A DNA stretch of 64,000 nt from Eledone cirrhosa (taxonomy: Eukaryota): the NCBI GenBank assembly GCA_964016885.1, contig OZ024741.1:402752001-402816000 (forward strand). The letters are read 5' to 3'. The position numbers and the translations under genes were made by a program. The number at the start of each line of letters is the position of its first letter. The first letter of the stretch is position 1. Below are positions 11,148-22,212 of this stretch, one piece after another. The notes under the pieces are model-generated. The model saw only the letters and a program-made list of their open reading frames with translations, was not told where the DNA came from and did not search any database.

Positions 11148-11754
11148 GTCTGGTCACCAGTTGGTGCTACTGGTAACATGTATCCCAGTACAACCTGTCT
11201 CATGGTCGTGTCATTGGCGACTAAACTGGCAACCCCACCAAGGTTTCTTGGTGAGGAGGGTGACTTTGGCCATCCTGCAGGACTAAAAACAAAACCTGTC
11301 AAAGGGCAAAGGAACTCTTAAGAGATAATGGCCATCCAAAATCACCGGGAGAGAAGACCCCTTAGCCTTTGTCAAGGCAGAATTCTAGGAGAAGGAAAAC
11401 TCTGATATAACACCTGCAACCCTGATGGTATCCAATGATGTTGACTTGTTCTTCTTTTTGGTAAATATCATCTTGGTTAAGAGAGTGGGACTGGCTTTGT
11501 GCAGTGCCTTTGCTCACTATAAAAGCTTCACGGCACAGGCATTGCTTTATATCTGGAGATCTTTCTGCCCTTGTCACATGGTACCATGGGCTCAGCACTA
11601 TATGTCAATAATTGTCACAAGTGTAGTGTTTGTACCAGAGTTTTCAAGTCGCTGGCTAGACTAAAAAGTCACACTCGCTGAGCGCATCGGTAGGGGTTCT
11701 CCTACATGGATATAAAGTAGTGGCCGTACTCGAAAATGAGTTGGCAGCCACCAT
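11148..11754 (+). mobile_element. Non-autonomous RTE-derived element (about 600 bp; RTE-like 5' leader joined to an RTE 3' end), followed by (TATG)n
   Basis: 5' GTCGT...GGCGACTAA leader motif, 3' zinc-finger remnant CTRVFKSLARLKSH, second partial copy at 7615-7873. Confidence 0.68.
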
Positions 11755-11884
11755 GTATGTATGTATGTATGTATGTATGCATGTATGTATGTATGTATGT
11801 ATGTATGTATGTGTGTATGTATATGTGTATGCATGTATGTATGGATGGATGGATGGATGGATATATGTATGTATGTATGTATGT

Positions 11885-12185
11885 AACTACTGAGCCACAG
11901 GTTTTATGTTGGAGTTATCCCAGTTTCCTGAGTTGCCTTCTCCTAGAAGAATACCCTGACAAAGGCTAGGGGTCCTTCACTCCCAGTGGTTTAACCGTGC
12001 AATCTTTTCTTCTTTTCAGGTTATAGCTACTGTCGCTCAGAGAGTGGGTTTGGCTCAGTGCACAGTCTTTCTTCACTTTAAAAAAATCTTTGCGCACAGG
12101 CATTGCACAATGGAATTAATTAATAATTACTAATAATGGTATATCGTGCAATGGCCATACTCGATAAGGAGGGGGCAGCCATCAT
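11885..12185 (+). mobile_element. Related non-autonomous RTE-derived element with an inverted 5' segment
   Basis: About 11895-11992 is the reverse complement of a sequence like 11340-11420. The remainder resembles 11445-11754 in forward sense and ends in CTCGATAAGGAGGGGGCAGCCATCAT(GTAT)n. Confidence 0.6.
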
Positions 12186-12794
12186 GTATGTATGTATGTA
12201 TGTGTGTATGTTTGTGTATATTTACCCAATTATGTATGTACATATGCATGTATGTATGTATGTATGTTGTTTTCCTTTGAGATTTAGCTAAGTCTTTCTT
12301 GGCAGAATCTTAGTCAGTCACAAAATGTGGGTGAACACAGAATGCCAAGGGCTGAAAGAGAAATCACAAAACATCACATCTGAGGTCCAAAATATTCCAT
12401 CACATCACACTTCACTTTAATATCCTAACTAAACCACCAAGCCACTACACTTCATTGCTACTTTATTTGGAAGAAGGAAAAGCAAAGATTTGCACTCAGA
12501 ACCCTAAGATCTGAAACACAAATACTTGTGAAGTCTTTAATCTGTTGCTCACATGTCTGCCAATTCACTGCATTTTTCGAAATAGTTAACAGCAATATTT
12601 TATATTTCAATAAGAATATTTTCACCTTCTTTTGGGGTAACCACAGTTAAGAAGGTACTCAATACATTAGCAGAGAGTAAACATCAAGCTTTCTGATGAT
12701 TTCTTTTGAATGAAACAGTTCTAGTGCTGTAGAAGCCATTTCTATGTTAAACTTGATATATATACAGTGTATAGATATATATATATATAGTGTA

Positions 12795-13142
12795 TCATCA
12801 TCATCATCATCATCATCATCTTTTACGTCCACTTTTCCCTGCTTGCAAGGGTGGGACGGGAACTGATTCTGGCTTGATTTCTACAGCTGGATGCCCTGCC
12901 TAACACCAACCTCATTTACAGTGAGTGCTGGGTACTTTTTTGCCGTGACACCTCCATGACCACTTTGCAGTGGAATGATAGGGACCCAGTCCCTATCATC
13001 TCATTTCTACAGCTGAGTAAACTGGAGCAATGTGAAATAAAGTGTCTTGCTCAAGGAAACAACACATCACCCGGTCTGAGAATTGAACTCACAACCTTTC
13101 GATTCCAAGCCCAATGCTCTAACCACTAAGCCATGTGCCTCC
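12795..13142 (-). mobile_element. SINE family A, full length
   Basis: Same head, CORE and tail as 7893-8229, with an (ATG)n tail. Confidence 0.88.
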
Positions 13143-13144
13143 TG

Positions 13145-13185
<41 letters not shown>

Positions 13186-13219
13186 ATATATATATGTATG
13201 TACATATAGTATATATATG

Positions 13220-13305
13220 ATCATCATCATCGTTTAACGTCTATCTTCCATGCTAGCATGGGTTAGATGAGGAATTGTCCCACTTGAGGCAAGATTAATC
13301 AGGTG
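13220..13305 (-). mobile_element. Short 3' tail fragment of a second RTE/SINE subfamily
   Basis: ACCCATGCTAGCATGGAAGATAGACGTTAAACGATGATG on the minus strand. Matches 27903-27985 in the opposite orientation. Confidence 0.6.
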
Positions 13306-13723
13306 ACCGTGTCTCGCTCGTATAGTACTGTATCTGGCAGTATATATATATATATATAACGAAGGAAATGAGGTAAGAAACCAAATGGACCATAACGCAC
13401 CAAAGTTATCAATACTTAGGGTAGTAGAGTGGGTAATAGGAATGAGTGGGACCCCAATGGCTGAGCTCAAGCCGTTTCGACGGTTAATTCTGGACTAAAT
13501 GAAAATTTTTATCCTGGTACATGAATAGCCGAGCTTCTCAGGGGGTAATTCCATATATGGTAAAAGTGATTGTCACAAGGATTGGTCAAAAGTTTGTTGT
13601 TGAGACACATAATTCTATCATGGCATTTGTGGAAGGAAGGGGTAGCTGAACCTGCCAGTAGAAGAAAAACTTAACCCCTATGGAAGAAATAACCTAAATA
13701 GCAGTGGAGAGCCGACCAGGAGG

Positions 13724-14164
13724 TGCAACTGTCCTGATTGATCCATTTGCCCCCTCGACAACAGATGCAGAGATCGTAATGTGATCTACCAGTGCAACAT
13801 GAGGACGGACACCTCCAACAAAGCTTATATAGGATTAACCGCATGTGACTTCAAGACCCGGCTATACCAACACAGACATACTTTCTGAAACCCGGCCTGG
13901 CGTCACGCCACCACACTTTCGGGCCACATCTAGGACCTCAAAGATAACAATATAACCTATGATCTCACTTGGAGCTTACTGTCCAGAGCCAACTCTTACA
14001 CGGGAGGACGCCATCCGTGCAATTTATGCTCGGATGAAACTTTACAAATGCTGTTTTCGACGGACCAACTCCTAAACAAGAAAGACGAACTGGTAACTGC
14101 ATGCGAACACAGACTGTGTAGGACTTACCTCGCCCTCAAACCCCATAATGACCCGGATGGGTAG
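13724..14164 (+). pseudogene. Penelope GIY-YIG endonuclease domain, decayed
   Basis: Manual translation gives CNCPD*SICPLDNRCRDRNVIYQC...KAYIGLTACDFKTRLYQHRHTF*...CNLCSDE...LLNKKDELVTACEH, with three in-frame stops. Not in the supplied ORF track. Confidence 0.85.
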
Positions 14165-15224
14165 ACGAGGGCTGTAACACCCCACTTGCCGACTTTGTAA
14201 TGGGTAACCCCTGCTTGCAAAGGTAGACGTAAGATTTTCTTTTATATCTTTTTATCGTTTCCTCTATATTTCCTTCTTCCCCCCCCATCCCTTCTGGTCC
14301 TTCCACCCCAGTTCTCCCTCTTTGTCATCGTCCTTTTCACTTTCTCGCCCACCCCGAAGGCAGCCCTTCGGTTCTTTGTAGCCTCAGTACCCCCACCCCC
14401 ATCCCCTATTCTATGATAGAATTGGCCGACTCCGCTTTTTATAGCAGATGTGATAGACCCCAGATACTTGCTTTCTTATCCGATGGCTGCCCTATTTCCG
14501 TGCTTTCTACATTTCTTAGTGGTTCCTCTGCTTTAGTTTCTCGTATATCAGTATTTATTTATTTATTTTTCGGGTGGGGGGTAGGAGGGATTCTGAATTA
14601 ATTTTCCGTATCAAATTTTTCATATATATCGTACGAGCATCTATGTAGTTTGTATTAGAATTTTTGTATCGTAGCGGCACCCTTATATATAGTATTAGTA
14701 TTCATTTTCGGGATTCTGAATTATTATCTTGTATTAGTTTCGGGACTCTGAATTTTGTAGTAGTTTCTTTAGTATTTTGGCCCCCTACTTGTTGACCTGT
14801 CACTGTAAGATAGATTCGGTTGATTACTACTAACTCATAAAATTGTCCCACTACAATTCCGTCCCACCTAGTAAACTTTTCTATGATGACTGTGGTTAGG
14901 GAATAGTAACCAGAAATTGTTTTATTATATTTTTAACATTCTTATTATTCTTCTATATATTTACTCCATATTGATTTACTTATTGTTTCGACTTCCTCTC
15001 CCTCCTCCTCCCTAGTATACTTGCTTGACCTCCTGCCCTTAGGATCCTGCTGTAGTTTGCACTATCAACACACGACTGGGTTTCCTCCACTCTCTCTCCC
15101 TCTTTCTTCTACTGGCAGGTTCAGCTACCCCTTCCTTCCACAAATTGCCATGATAGAATTATGTGTCTCAACAACAAACTTTTGATCAATCCTTGTGACA
15201 ATCACTTTTACCATATATGGAATT

Positions 15225-15320
15225 ACCCCCTGAGAAGCTCGGCTATTCATATACCAGGATAAAACTGTTCATTTAGTCCAGAATTAACCGTCGGAACGGC
15301 TTGAGCTCAGCCGTCGCGGT
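15225..15320 (+). ncRNA. Hammerhead-like ribozyme fold in the pseudo-LTR (long stem II; copies at 13451-13546 minus and 19022-19070 minus, partial)
   Basis: Consensus of the copies: ACCCC-CTGAGAA-G..CGGCTATT..~40 nt..AATAGCCG..C-GAAACGGCT-TGAGCTC-AGCCGTC-GGGGT. Each individual copy has core mutations. Confidence 0.6.
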
Positions 15321-15331
15321 CCTACTCGTTC

Positions 15332-15405
<74 letters not shown>

Positions 15406-15406
<1 letters not shown>

Positions 15407-15738
15407 GGCTTAGTGGTTAGAGCATTGGCCTTGCAATCAAAAGGTTGTGAGTTCAATTCTCAGACCGGGTGATGTGTTGTTTCCTTGAGCAAGAGACTTT
15501 ATTTCACATTGCTCCAGTTTACTCAGCTGTAGAAATGAGATGATAGGGACTGGGGTCCCTATCATTCCATTGCAAAGTGGTCGTGGAGGTGCCACGGCAA
15601 AAATGCACCCAGCACTCACTGTTAATGAGGTTGGTGTTAGGAAGGGCATCCAGCTGTAGAAATCAAGCCAGAATCAGTTCCCGTCCCACCCTTGCAAGCA
15701 GGGAAAAGTGGACGTAAAATGAAATGATGAATGATGAT
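15406..15738 (+). mobile_element. SINE family A
   Basis: A box, B box, CORE and RTE tail in forward orientation. Confidence 0.88.
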
Positions 15739-15823
15739 GTACATATATATATATATATATGTATATATATCATTTCATTTTACGTCCGCTTTTTCCCTGC
15801 TTGCATATATATATATATATGTA

Positions 15824-18482
15824 TCATCATCATCATCATCATTTTACGTCCGCTTTTCCCTGCTTGCAAGGGTGGGACGGGTCTTATTCAGCACAGCATC
15901 TCTCCACTCGTCACGGTCCCTCGTCATCTCCACTGTGAGCTTCAATGATCTGAGGTCTGTTCTCACCACCTCCGCCCATGTTTTTCGTGGTCTACCTCTA
16001 CTACGTCTTCCTTCAACTGGCATTTCCTGGCACTTCTTCACCCATCGGTCATCCTCCATGCGCATCACATGTCCATACCACCTCAGTCTCCTCTCCCGTA
16101 CACTACATTCTATCCCTCTCAGACACAGTTTCTCTCTCAACACATTTATGCTGGGTCGTTCACGCACATTTACACTGCACATCCAACGGAGCATGCTTGC
16201 CTCATTTCTCTCCAGCCGTCGCATATCTTCTGCGGTAGCTGCCCATGTCTCACTACCATGCAGCATCGCGCTCCTCACACAGGCATCATACAACCGGCCT
16301 TTCGTACGCAGGGAGAAACCCTTCTTCGTCAACAGAGGAAGCAGCTCCCTAAACTTCTTCCAACCCGTCCTTATTCTAGATACTATGGCCTCGGAACACC
16401 CTCCTCCCATGCTAATCTGATCTCCTAGGTACCGGAAGCTATCCACCACTTCTATAGCGCCCTCTCGCATTTGAAAAATGTGTCTATCAGTGCGACTTCT
16501 ACTGTCTAATTTCCCTGTACATCTACTGCATACATATTTCTCCCTACCTGTTAGTTTGCCTGCTATCCCGCTACATCTCTTGTGTACCCAGGACCTACAT
16601 TGTGTGCATTTTATAGAATTTATGCCAGTTCCTTTTCTGCATATCGAACATGGCCATTTCCCTGACGGAATCAGGGTTTTGTCCTCTTTTCTACTCATCA
16701 ACACTTTTGTCTTAGCTAGATTTACTCTCAGTCCTCTTGCTTCCAACTGCTGTTTCCATAGCCGGAATTTATTCTCTAGCTCCTCTACTGATTCTGCCAT
16801 AAGAGCCAGATCGTCAGCATAGAGAAGTTCCCATGGACACCCAGTCTTAAACTCCTCTGTTATGGCTTGGAGGACTATAATGAACAAGAGCGGGCTGAGG
16901 ACCGAACCCTGATGTACTCCTACTTGTATCTGGAATTCCTCACTAAACTCCATTCCTACCCTGACTTTACTGAGAGTACCTCTGTACAAAGTTTGCACTG
17001 TCCTTACAAGCCATTCCTCAACACCCAGCTTACTTAGGGACCACCAGATGACAGATCGGGGTACCCTATCAAAGGCCTTCTCTAGGTCAACAAAGGCTAA
17101 GTATAGTGGCTTATTCTTCTCTAAGAACCTCTCTTGCATTTGTCTCACCAAGAAGAGGGCATCTGTTGTACTCTTCCCAGGCACAAAACCAAACTGCATC
17201 TCATCTAGTTTGACCCTTTCTCTAATTAGTTGTGCTAAAATCCTTTCTGCCACTTTCATAACCTGATCTATCAGTTTTATACCCCTATAATTGTTCCTCT
17301 CCAAAGCATCCCCTTTACCTTTGTAGCAATTTATGAGAATACTGCTGCACCAGTCTTTGGGTATGACACCACCATATATAGCCTGATTGATGATGCATGC
17401 AACCAGTTTAGTGCCTACGTCCCCTGATGCCTTCAGCATCTCAGCAACTATTCCCGATGGTCCGGCCGCCTGACCATTTTTCACTTCCCTAATCGCCTCT
17501 TGGACCCTATATTCGTCAATCTCAATAGCTGGTCCCTCTGTCGGATCTACCAAGGGTAATTTCTCTCTCTCCCATTCGTTCTCCACATTCATCAGTCTCT
17601 CATAATGACATTTCCGGGCCTCCTTTTTCTGGTCATTCGTGACACTAAGTACACCGGCATCATCCCGGACACATTTTTCACCAACAACATCCTGATTTGC
17701 ATTGACACACTGCCTTGCAATGTGGAACACTGCACGCCTCTGATCTTCCCGTCGCAGAACATTGGCAAACCTCCTACTCTCTGCCTCCCTGCGTGCTAAG
17801 TACACCTGACGTCTAGCTTCTCTCTTAGTGGCTGTATATTCTTCCCTACTCCCACCCTTATTCCAAGCCTTCCATGCTAGTCTTTTGTCTCTAATAGCCT
17901 TATCTACACTGCTGTTCCACCACCAGGTCACTCTCTGTCTGGTTAGAGCTCTGCTCCAGCCACAGGTTTCATCAGTAGCCTTCAGCAAGTTGTCACGTAA
18001 GAACTTCCAGTTATTATCTATGTCATACGTCTCTAAATCGTCTTCTTTTTCGTCATATACATCTTGAAGGGCTTTCCTAAATTTGAATTTTAGTGAAAGG
18101 TCTTTTAGCTTCCAGACCTTTCTTCTCCACACCTTCCTATATGTCTCATTCCATCTCTTGCTTACTGAGATATCACTAACAACTAACCTATGCTGTGGGG
18201 TACATTCTTCCCCAGGGTATGCCTTGGTATTAGACACTATCTGCCTGTCCCGCTGCCTAACTAGCAGGAAGTCAATCTGGCTTATGTGCTCACCAGATTT
18301 GTAGGTTATTAGGTGATTGGCAGGTTTCTGGAAGTTTGTGTTGCAAATAGTCAATGTACTTGCATCACAAAATTCAAGAAGTCTCACTCCTTCTTCATTT
18401 CTTGAACCGTAACCGTGCCCACCATGTACCCCAGTGTAACCATCCTGGAGCTGTCCAACATGACCATTGAAGTCTCCTGCTA

Positions 18483-18484
<2 letters not shown>
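15824..18484 (-). mobile_element. RTE-clade LINE, 5'-truncated within the endonuclease, with (ATG)n tail
   Basis: Long uninterrupted ORF, almost no 3' UTR, (ATG)n tail, 5' end abutting (TA)n. Confidence 0.92.
15844..18484 (-). CDS. RTE ORF (partial APE, RT, inserted PHD-like finger), 5'-partial
   Basis: LAGDFNGHVG, QIDFLLV, PQHRLVV, NYRGIKL, QFGFVPGKSTTDA, FVDLEKAFDRVPR, GVHQGSVLSPLLF, LYADDL, LRWYGHVMRM, GRRSRGRPRKTW. The called start at 18582 is (TA)n read-through. Confidence 0.9.
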
Positions 18485-18564
<80 letters not shown>

Positions 18565-18569
<5 letters not shown>

Positions 18570-18821
18570 AATAAAATAACAAGGATGATTGGTTACTCCT
18601 TCATTACGTTTATTGGTTGGTGACGCAGGTTTCGCCACTGATCAGCTCAAGGTTTGATCTGTATTGATCTGACCTGACTTTGTAATCCGTGGTTCGTCAG
18701 ACCCCTTGTAATGATAATGGAAAAATAATACACTCTCTCTAGCTCTACACCTCGACACTGAAGTGAACCTCGAGTGCTCACCCGGGTGAACCCACAGTAA
18801 CTCCAAGTTACACTCCCTGGA
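18565..18821 (-). mobile_element. Short (TA)n-embedded hammerhead-containing module (solo Penelope pLTR or retrozyme-like), family H1
   Basis: Similar copy at 27998-28215 (minus) and a partial copy at 27772-27885 (plus). All are bounded by (TA)n on at least one side. Confidence 0.72.
18619..18703 (-). ncRNA. Type I hammerhead ribozyme with an extended stem II (about 60 nt)
   Basis: Minus strand: GGT-CTGACGA-ACCACGGATTA...TGATCAGTGGC-GAAAC-CTGC-GTC-ACC. Canonical core, stem I GGT/ACC, GUC cleavage triplet. Confidence 0.72.
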
Positions 18822-18852
18822 TATATATATATATATTGACAGTCGATATATG

Positions 18853-18921
<69 letters not shown>

Positions 18922-18928
18922 GTATATA

Positions 18929-19085
18929 ACAAAGGAATTGTGGTAAGGAACCAGATGGACCATAACGCACCAGAGTACTCAATACTTAGGGTAGTAGAGT
19001 GGGAAATAGGAAAAAAGTATGACCCCGACGGCAGAGCTCAAGCCGTTTCGATGGCTATTTCTGGACTAGTCCAGAAATACTTTTT

Positions 19086-19088
<3 letters not shown>
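18929..19088 (-). mobile_element. Solo fragment of the 13359-13667 pseudo-LTR family
   Basis: Aligns with 13359-13500 and is flanked by (TA)n. Confidence 0.75.
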
Positions 19089-19151
<63 letters not shown>

Positions 19152-19152
<1 letters not shown>

Positions 19153-19359
19153 ACAGATGTAGAAAAACCACAGACCCTCCATCTCAACTGTACTTTTGAA
19201 AAGCAGAAGAACTGCGAAACCGGTAAAGGAACCAAATAAATATATATATATTTTTTTAAAAATAAGACTCCAGTTGCATTTTCGATTTCATCTTTCTTTC
19301 TTTATACTTCCACTCGTGTAGGACACCGCGGTTATTTTTCATTTTGTAAAAAACTTCAC

Positions 19360-19365
<6 letters not shown>
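19152..19365 (+). mobile_element. Short (TA)n-embedded hammerhead-containing module, family H2
   Basis: Copies at 21238-21390 (plus) and 28657-28803 (minus). Hammerhead fold at 19193-19228. Confidence 0.72.
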
Positions 19366-19408
<43 letters not shown>

Positions 19409-19841
19409 TTTGCAAAGTTGTGTTGTACCAAATGGCATGTTTCATTGATCCAATGTATTGTATTTATATTGTGACAGAGATAAAGGTAGTAAAACAGTTA
19501 TTCTCATGTTTAATGTATATTTTACTTTACTTTTATAAATACATTATAGGATAACAATAGCAAAGATAGCAGCTCTAACCAGTTTTCTACTTATCAAGTC
19601 ATGAAAGCAATGTCATTTTATAATTTTGTCATTGATGGTCCTGTTGCTTGTCATGAGAGATCTTTCTATAAATAACTATCTGTTTTTGTTGTTGCTTTCA
19701 TTTCATTTTAATGACACAAATAAAACCATATACATGATTGTATACATGCACTGTATGTGTGTGTGTGTCTTTTCTTTCAGTTTATTAATGTTTTCAACTC
19801 ACTTTATAAAGAACAAAGCTTTATTAATCATAAACAAAGCT

Positions 19842-20191
19842 TCATCATCATCATCATCATCATCATCATTTTTCGTCCGCTTTTCCTTGATTGCAAGGGT
19901 GGGACAGGAACTGATTCTGGCTTGATTTCTACAGCTGGATGCCCTTCCTAACACCAACCTCATTTACAGTGAGTGCTGGGTACTTTTTTGCCGTGGCACC
20001 TCCACGACCACTTTACAGTGGAATGATAGGGACCCCAGTCCCTATCATCTCATTTCTACAGCTGAGTAAACTGGAGCAATGTGAAATAAAGTGTCTTGCT
20101 CAAGGAAACAACACATCACCCGGTCTGAGAATTGAACTCACAACCTTTCGATTGCAAGCCCAATGCTCTAACCACTAAGCCATGTGCCTCC
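19842..20191 (-). mobile_element. SINE family A, full length
   Basis: Same head, CORE and tail as the other copies. Confidence 0.88.
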
Positions 20192-20686
20192 ATCTTGGGT
20201 AATGACCAAAAGAATATGATCGCAAATACAAGTGGCTGAAATGGGATTCTTCCGAAGGGTCTTTGGAGTAACATTACTCTGTAGAGTGTAAAGCTTGGAG
20301 ATCAGTGAATCACTCCAGGTAGAGTCACTACTTCTTAGAATGGAGAGATCACAGCTCCGATAGTATGGGGGTGGAGTTAGAATGTCTAAGAAAAGAATCA
20401 CTGGACAGATTTTACTGGCAAAACCATCCGACAGAAGACCCAGGGGTAGATTCTGAGTAAAATGGTTGGATAACATACATGAGCTTGGCTGGTCTTGCTT
20501 GGGGATCCAGGTTGATCAGCTGGAGACAGTTGCTTCTGACAGGACCCATTGGAAGGAGTGTTTGGTGACTCAGCCCCTGCGATTTCTGCAGGAATAAGTG
20601 GGCAAAGAAGAAGGAGGAGGATGAAGAAAAGGAGGAGGAGGAGGAAGAGGAGGAAGAGGAGGAGGAAAAAACGAAGAAAAAAGAAG
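20192..20686 (+). mobile_element. Decayed RTE (Rex3/Expander-like) 3' fragment with GAA/GGA tail
   Basis: Manual translation SQIQVAEMGFFRRVFGVTL...LLLRMERSQLR*YG..VRM...RRPRGR with stops. Confidence 0.7.
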
Positions 20687-21237
20687 ATATATATAGCATG
20701 GAAAATGGATGTTAAATGATGCTGCTGCTGATGATGATGATGGTTTGATACTGTACCAAATTCCACTGACAACACATGAGTAAGCCAAAGGTTGAGAGAC
20801 ACTTGCTGTGAGTGCCCCTGCAGTGAGACAGAGCCCAACACGACACAGTAAATACAAAAGAAACTTCTTCACCAGACAGCCATGCTGAACAGAACTTAAA
20901 AGAAGTTAATATAGCATATTGTTGCCATTTTAGAAAGAATAGTTATATTGTTGAGGAAGACATATAAGTTAGAGTTACTATATCTCAGGTACATACACAT
21001 ATATAGGTAAAACATATACTTCTAATATTATATATTGTGAGAGATATTTGATCTGTGTGTTGAAGAGGTCAAGTAAATAAATATAGAGAAGGAAGAACCT
21101 TATATTGACACTCCAATGTCTTCACTGATAGAAGCTGTTTTTCAGCTGTCTGGACACTAACACTAATCTCAATGAAGGCTGAAAGAAAAGATAATATATA
21201 TACCTATATATATATATATATATATATATAGGTATAT

Positions 21238-21389
21238 ATGAGATGTGAGAAAAACCACAGACCCTCCATCTCAACTCACCTTTTGAAAAGCAGAAGAACT
21301 GCGAAACCGGTAAAGGAACCAAATAAATATATATATTTTAAAAAAAAATAAGACTTCAGTTGCATTTTCGATTTCATCCCTTTTTCTTT

Positions 21390-21390
<1 letters not shown>
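21238..21390 (+). mobile_element. Family H2 module
   Basis: Aligns with 19155-19305 and has (TA)n on both sides. Confidence 0.72.
21279..21316 (+). ncRNA. Minimal type I hammerhead ribozyme, U3-A8 core variant
   Basis: CCTT-TTGAAAA-GCAG-AAGAA-CTGC-GAAA-CCGG-TA-AAGG. Perfect stems I and II, palindromic ACCGGT stem III, GUA cleavage triplet. Confidence 0.78.
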
Positions 21391-21870
<480 letters not shown>

Positions 21871-21919
21871 ATAAAAAAATATTGATGTCTGGTTTCTCAA
21901 TATTACTTATTGATTGTGC

Positions 21920-22025
21920 TCCCACCTCCACCCTCATCCCCCACCCTCACCCCCACCCTCACCCCACCCCTCACCTCACCCACCCCTCACCCCACACCCA
22001 CCCTCACCCCCACCTTCCCTCCCCA
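21920..22025. repeat. C-rich minisatellite (CCCCACCCTCA)n, potential G-quadruplex on the minus strand
   Basis: Degenerate 11-bp units with successive C3/C4 runs. Confidence 0.75.
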
Positions 22026-22212
22026 CAAAACAAATAAAAACTAAATGAAACCTAGCAGAGTAATAGAGAAGACAGTAAAGTAGTTGTGGAAGTTGTGTTC
22101 CATTCTAAGCTGTGAGCTGTAGCTCTATGGTGGACTGCCTCATACAACAATTACACTTACCTCCCTTACCTTCTCTTACAATAGCTTCACACCAATTACA
22201 GCTTTTTATCAA

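Larger units (their letters stand above)
13359..15334 (+). mobile_element. 5'-truncated Penelope-like element (Naiad-type) with inverted pseudo-LTRs
   Basis: About 230-bp inverted repeat (13437-13667 vs 15103-15334) around a GIY-YIG remnant and a 3' UTR. Both ends abut (TA)n. Confidence 0.85.

Noticed and set aside
13724-14164. In-frame TGA codons as selenocysteine (reported for some Naiad elements)
   Set aside because: The TGAs do not fall at conserved Cys positions and look like CGA-to-TGA decay. A TAG stop is also present.
15406-15470. tRNA gene
   Set aside because: The A and B boxes are the head of a multi-copy SINE, and no complete cloverleaf is evident.
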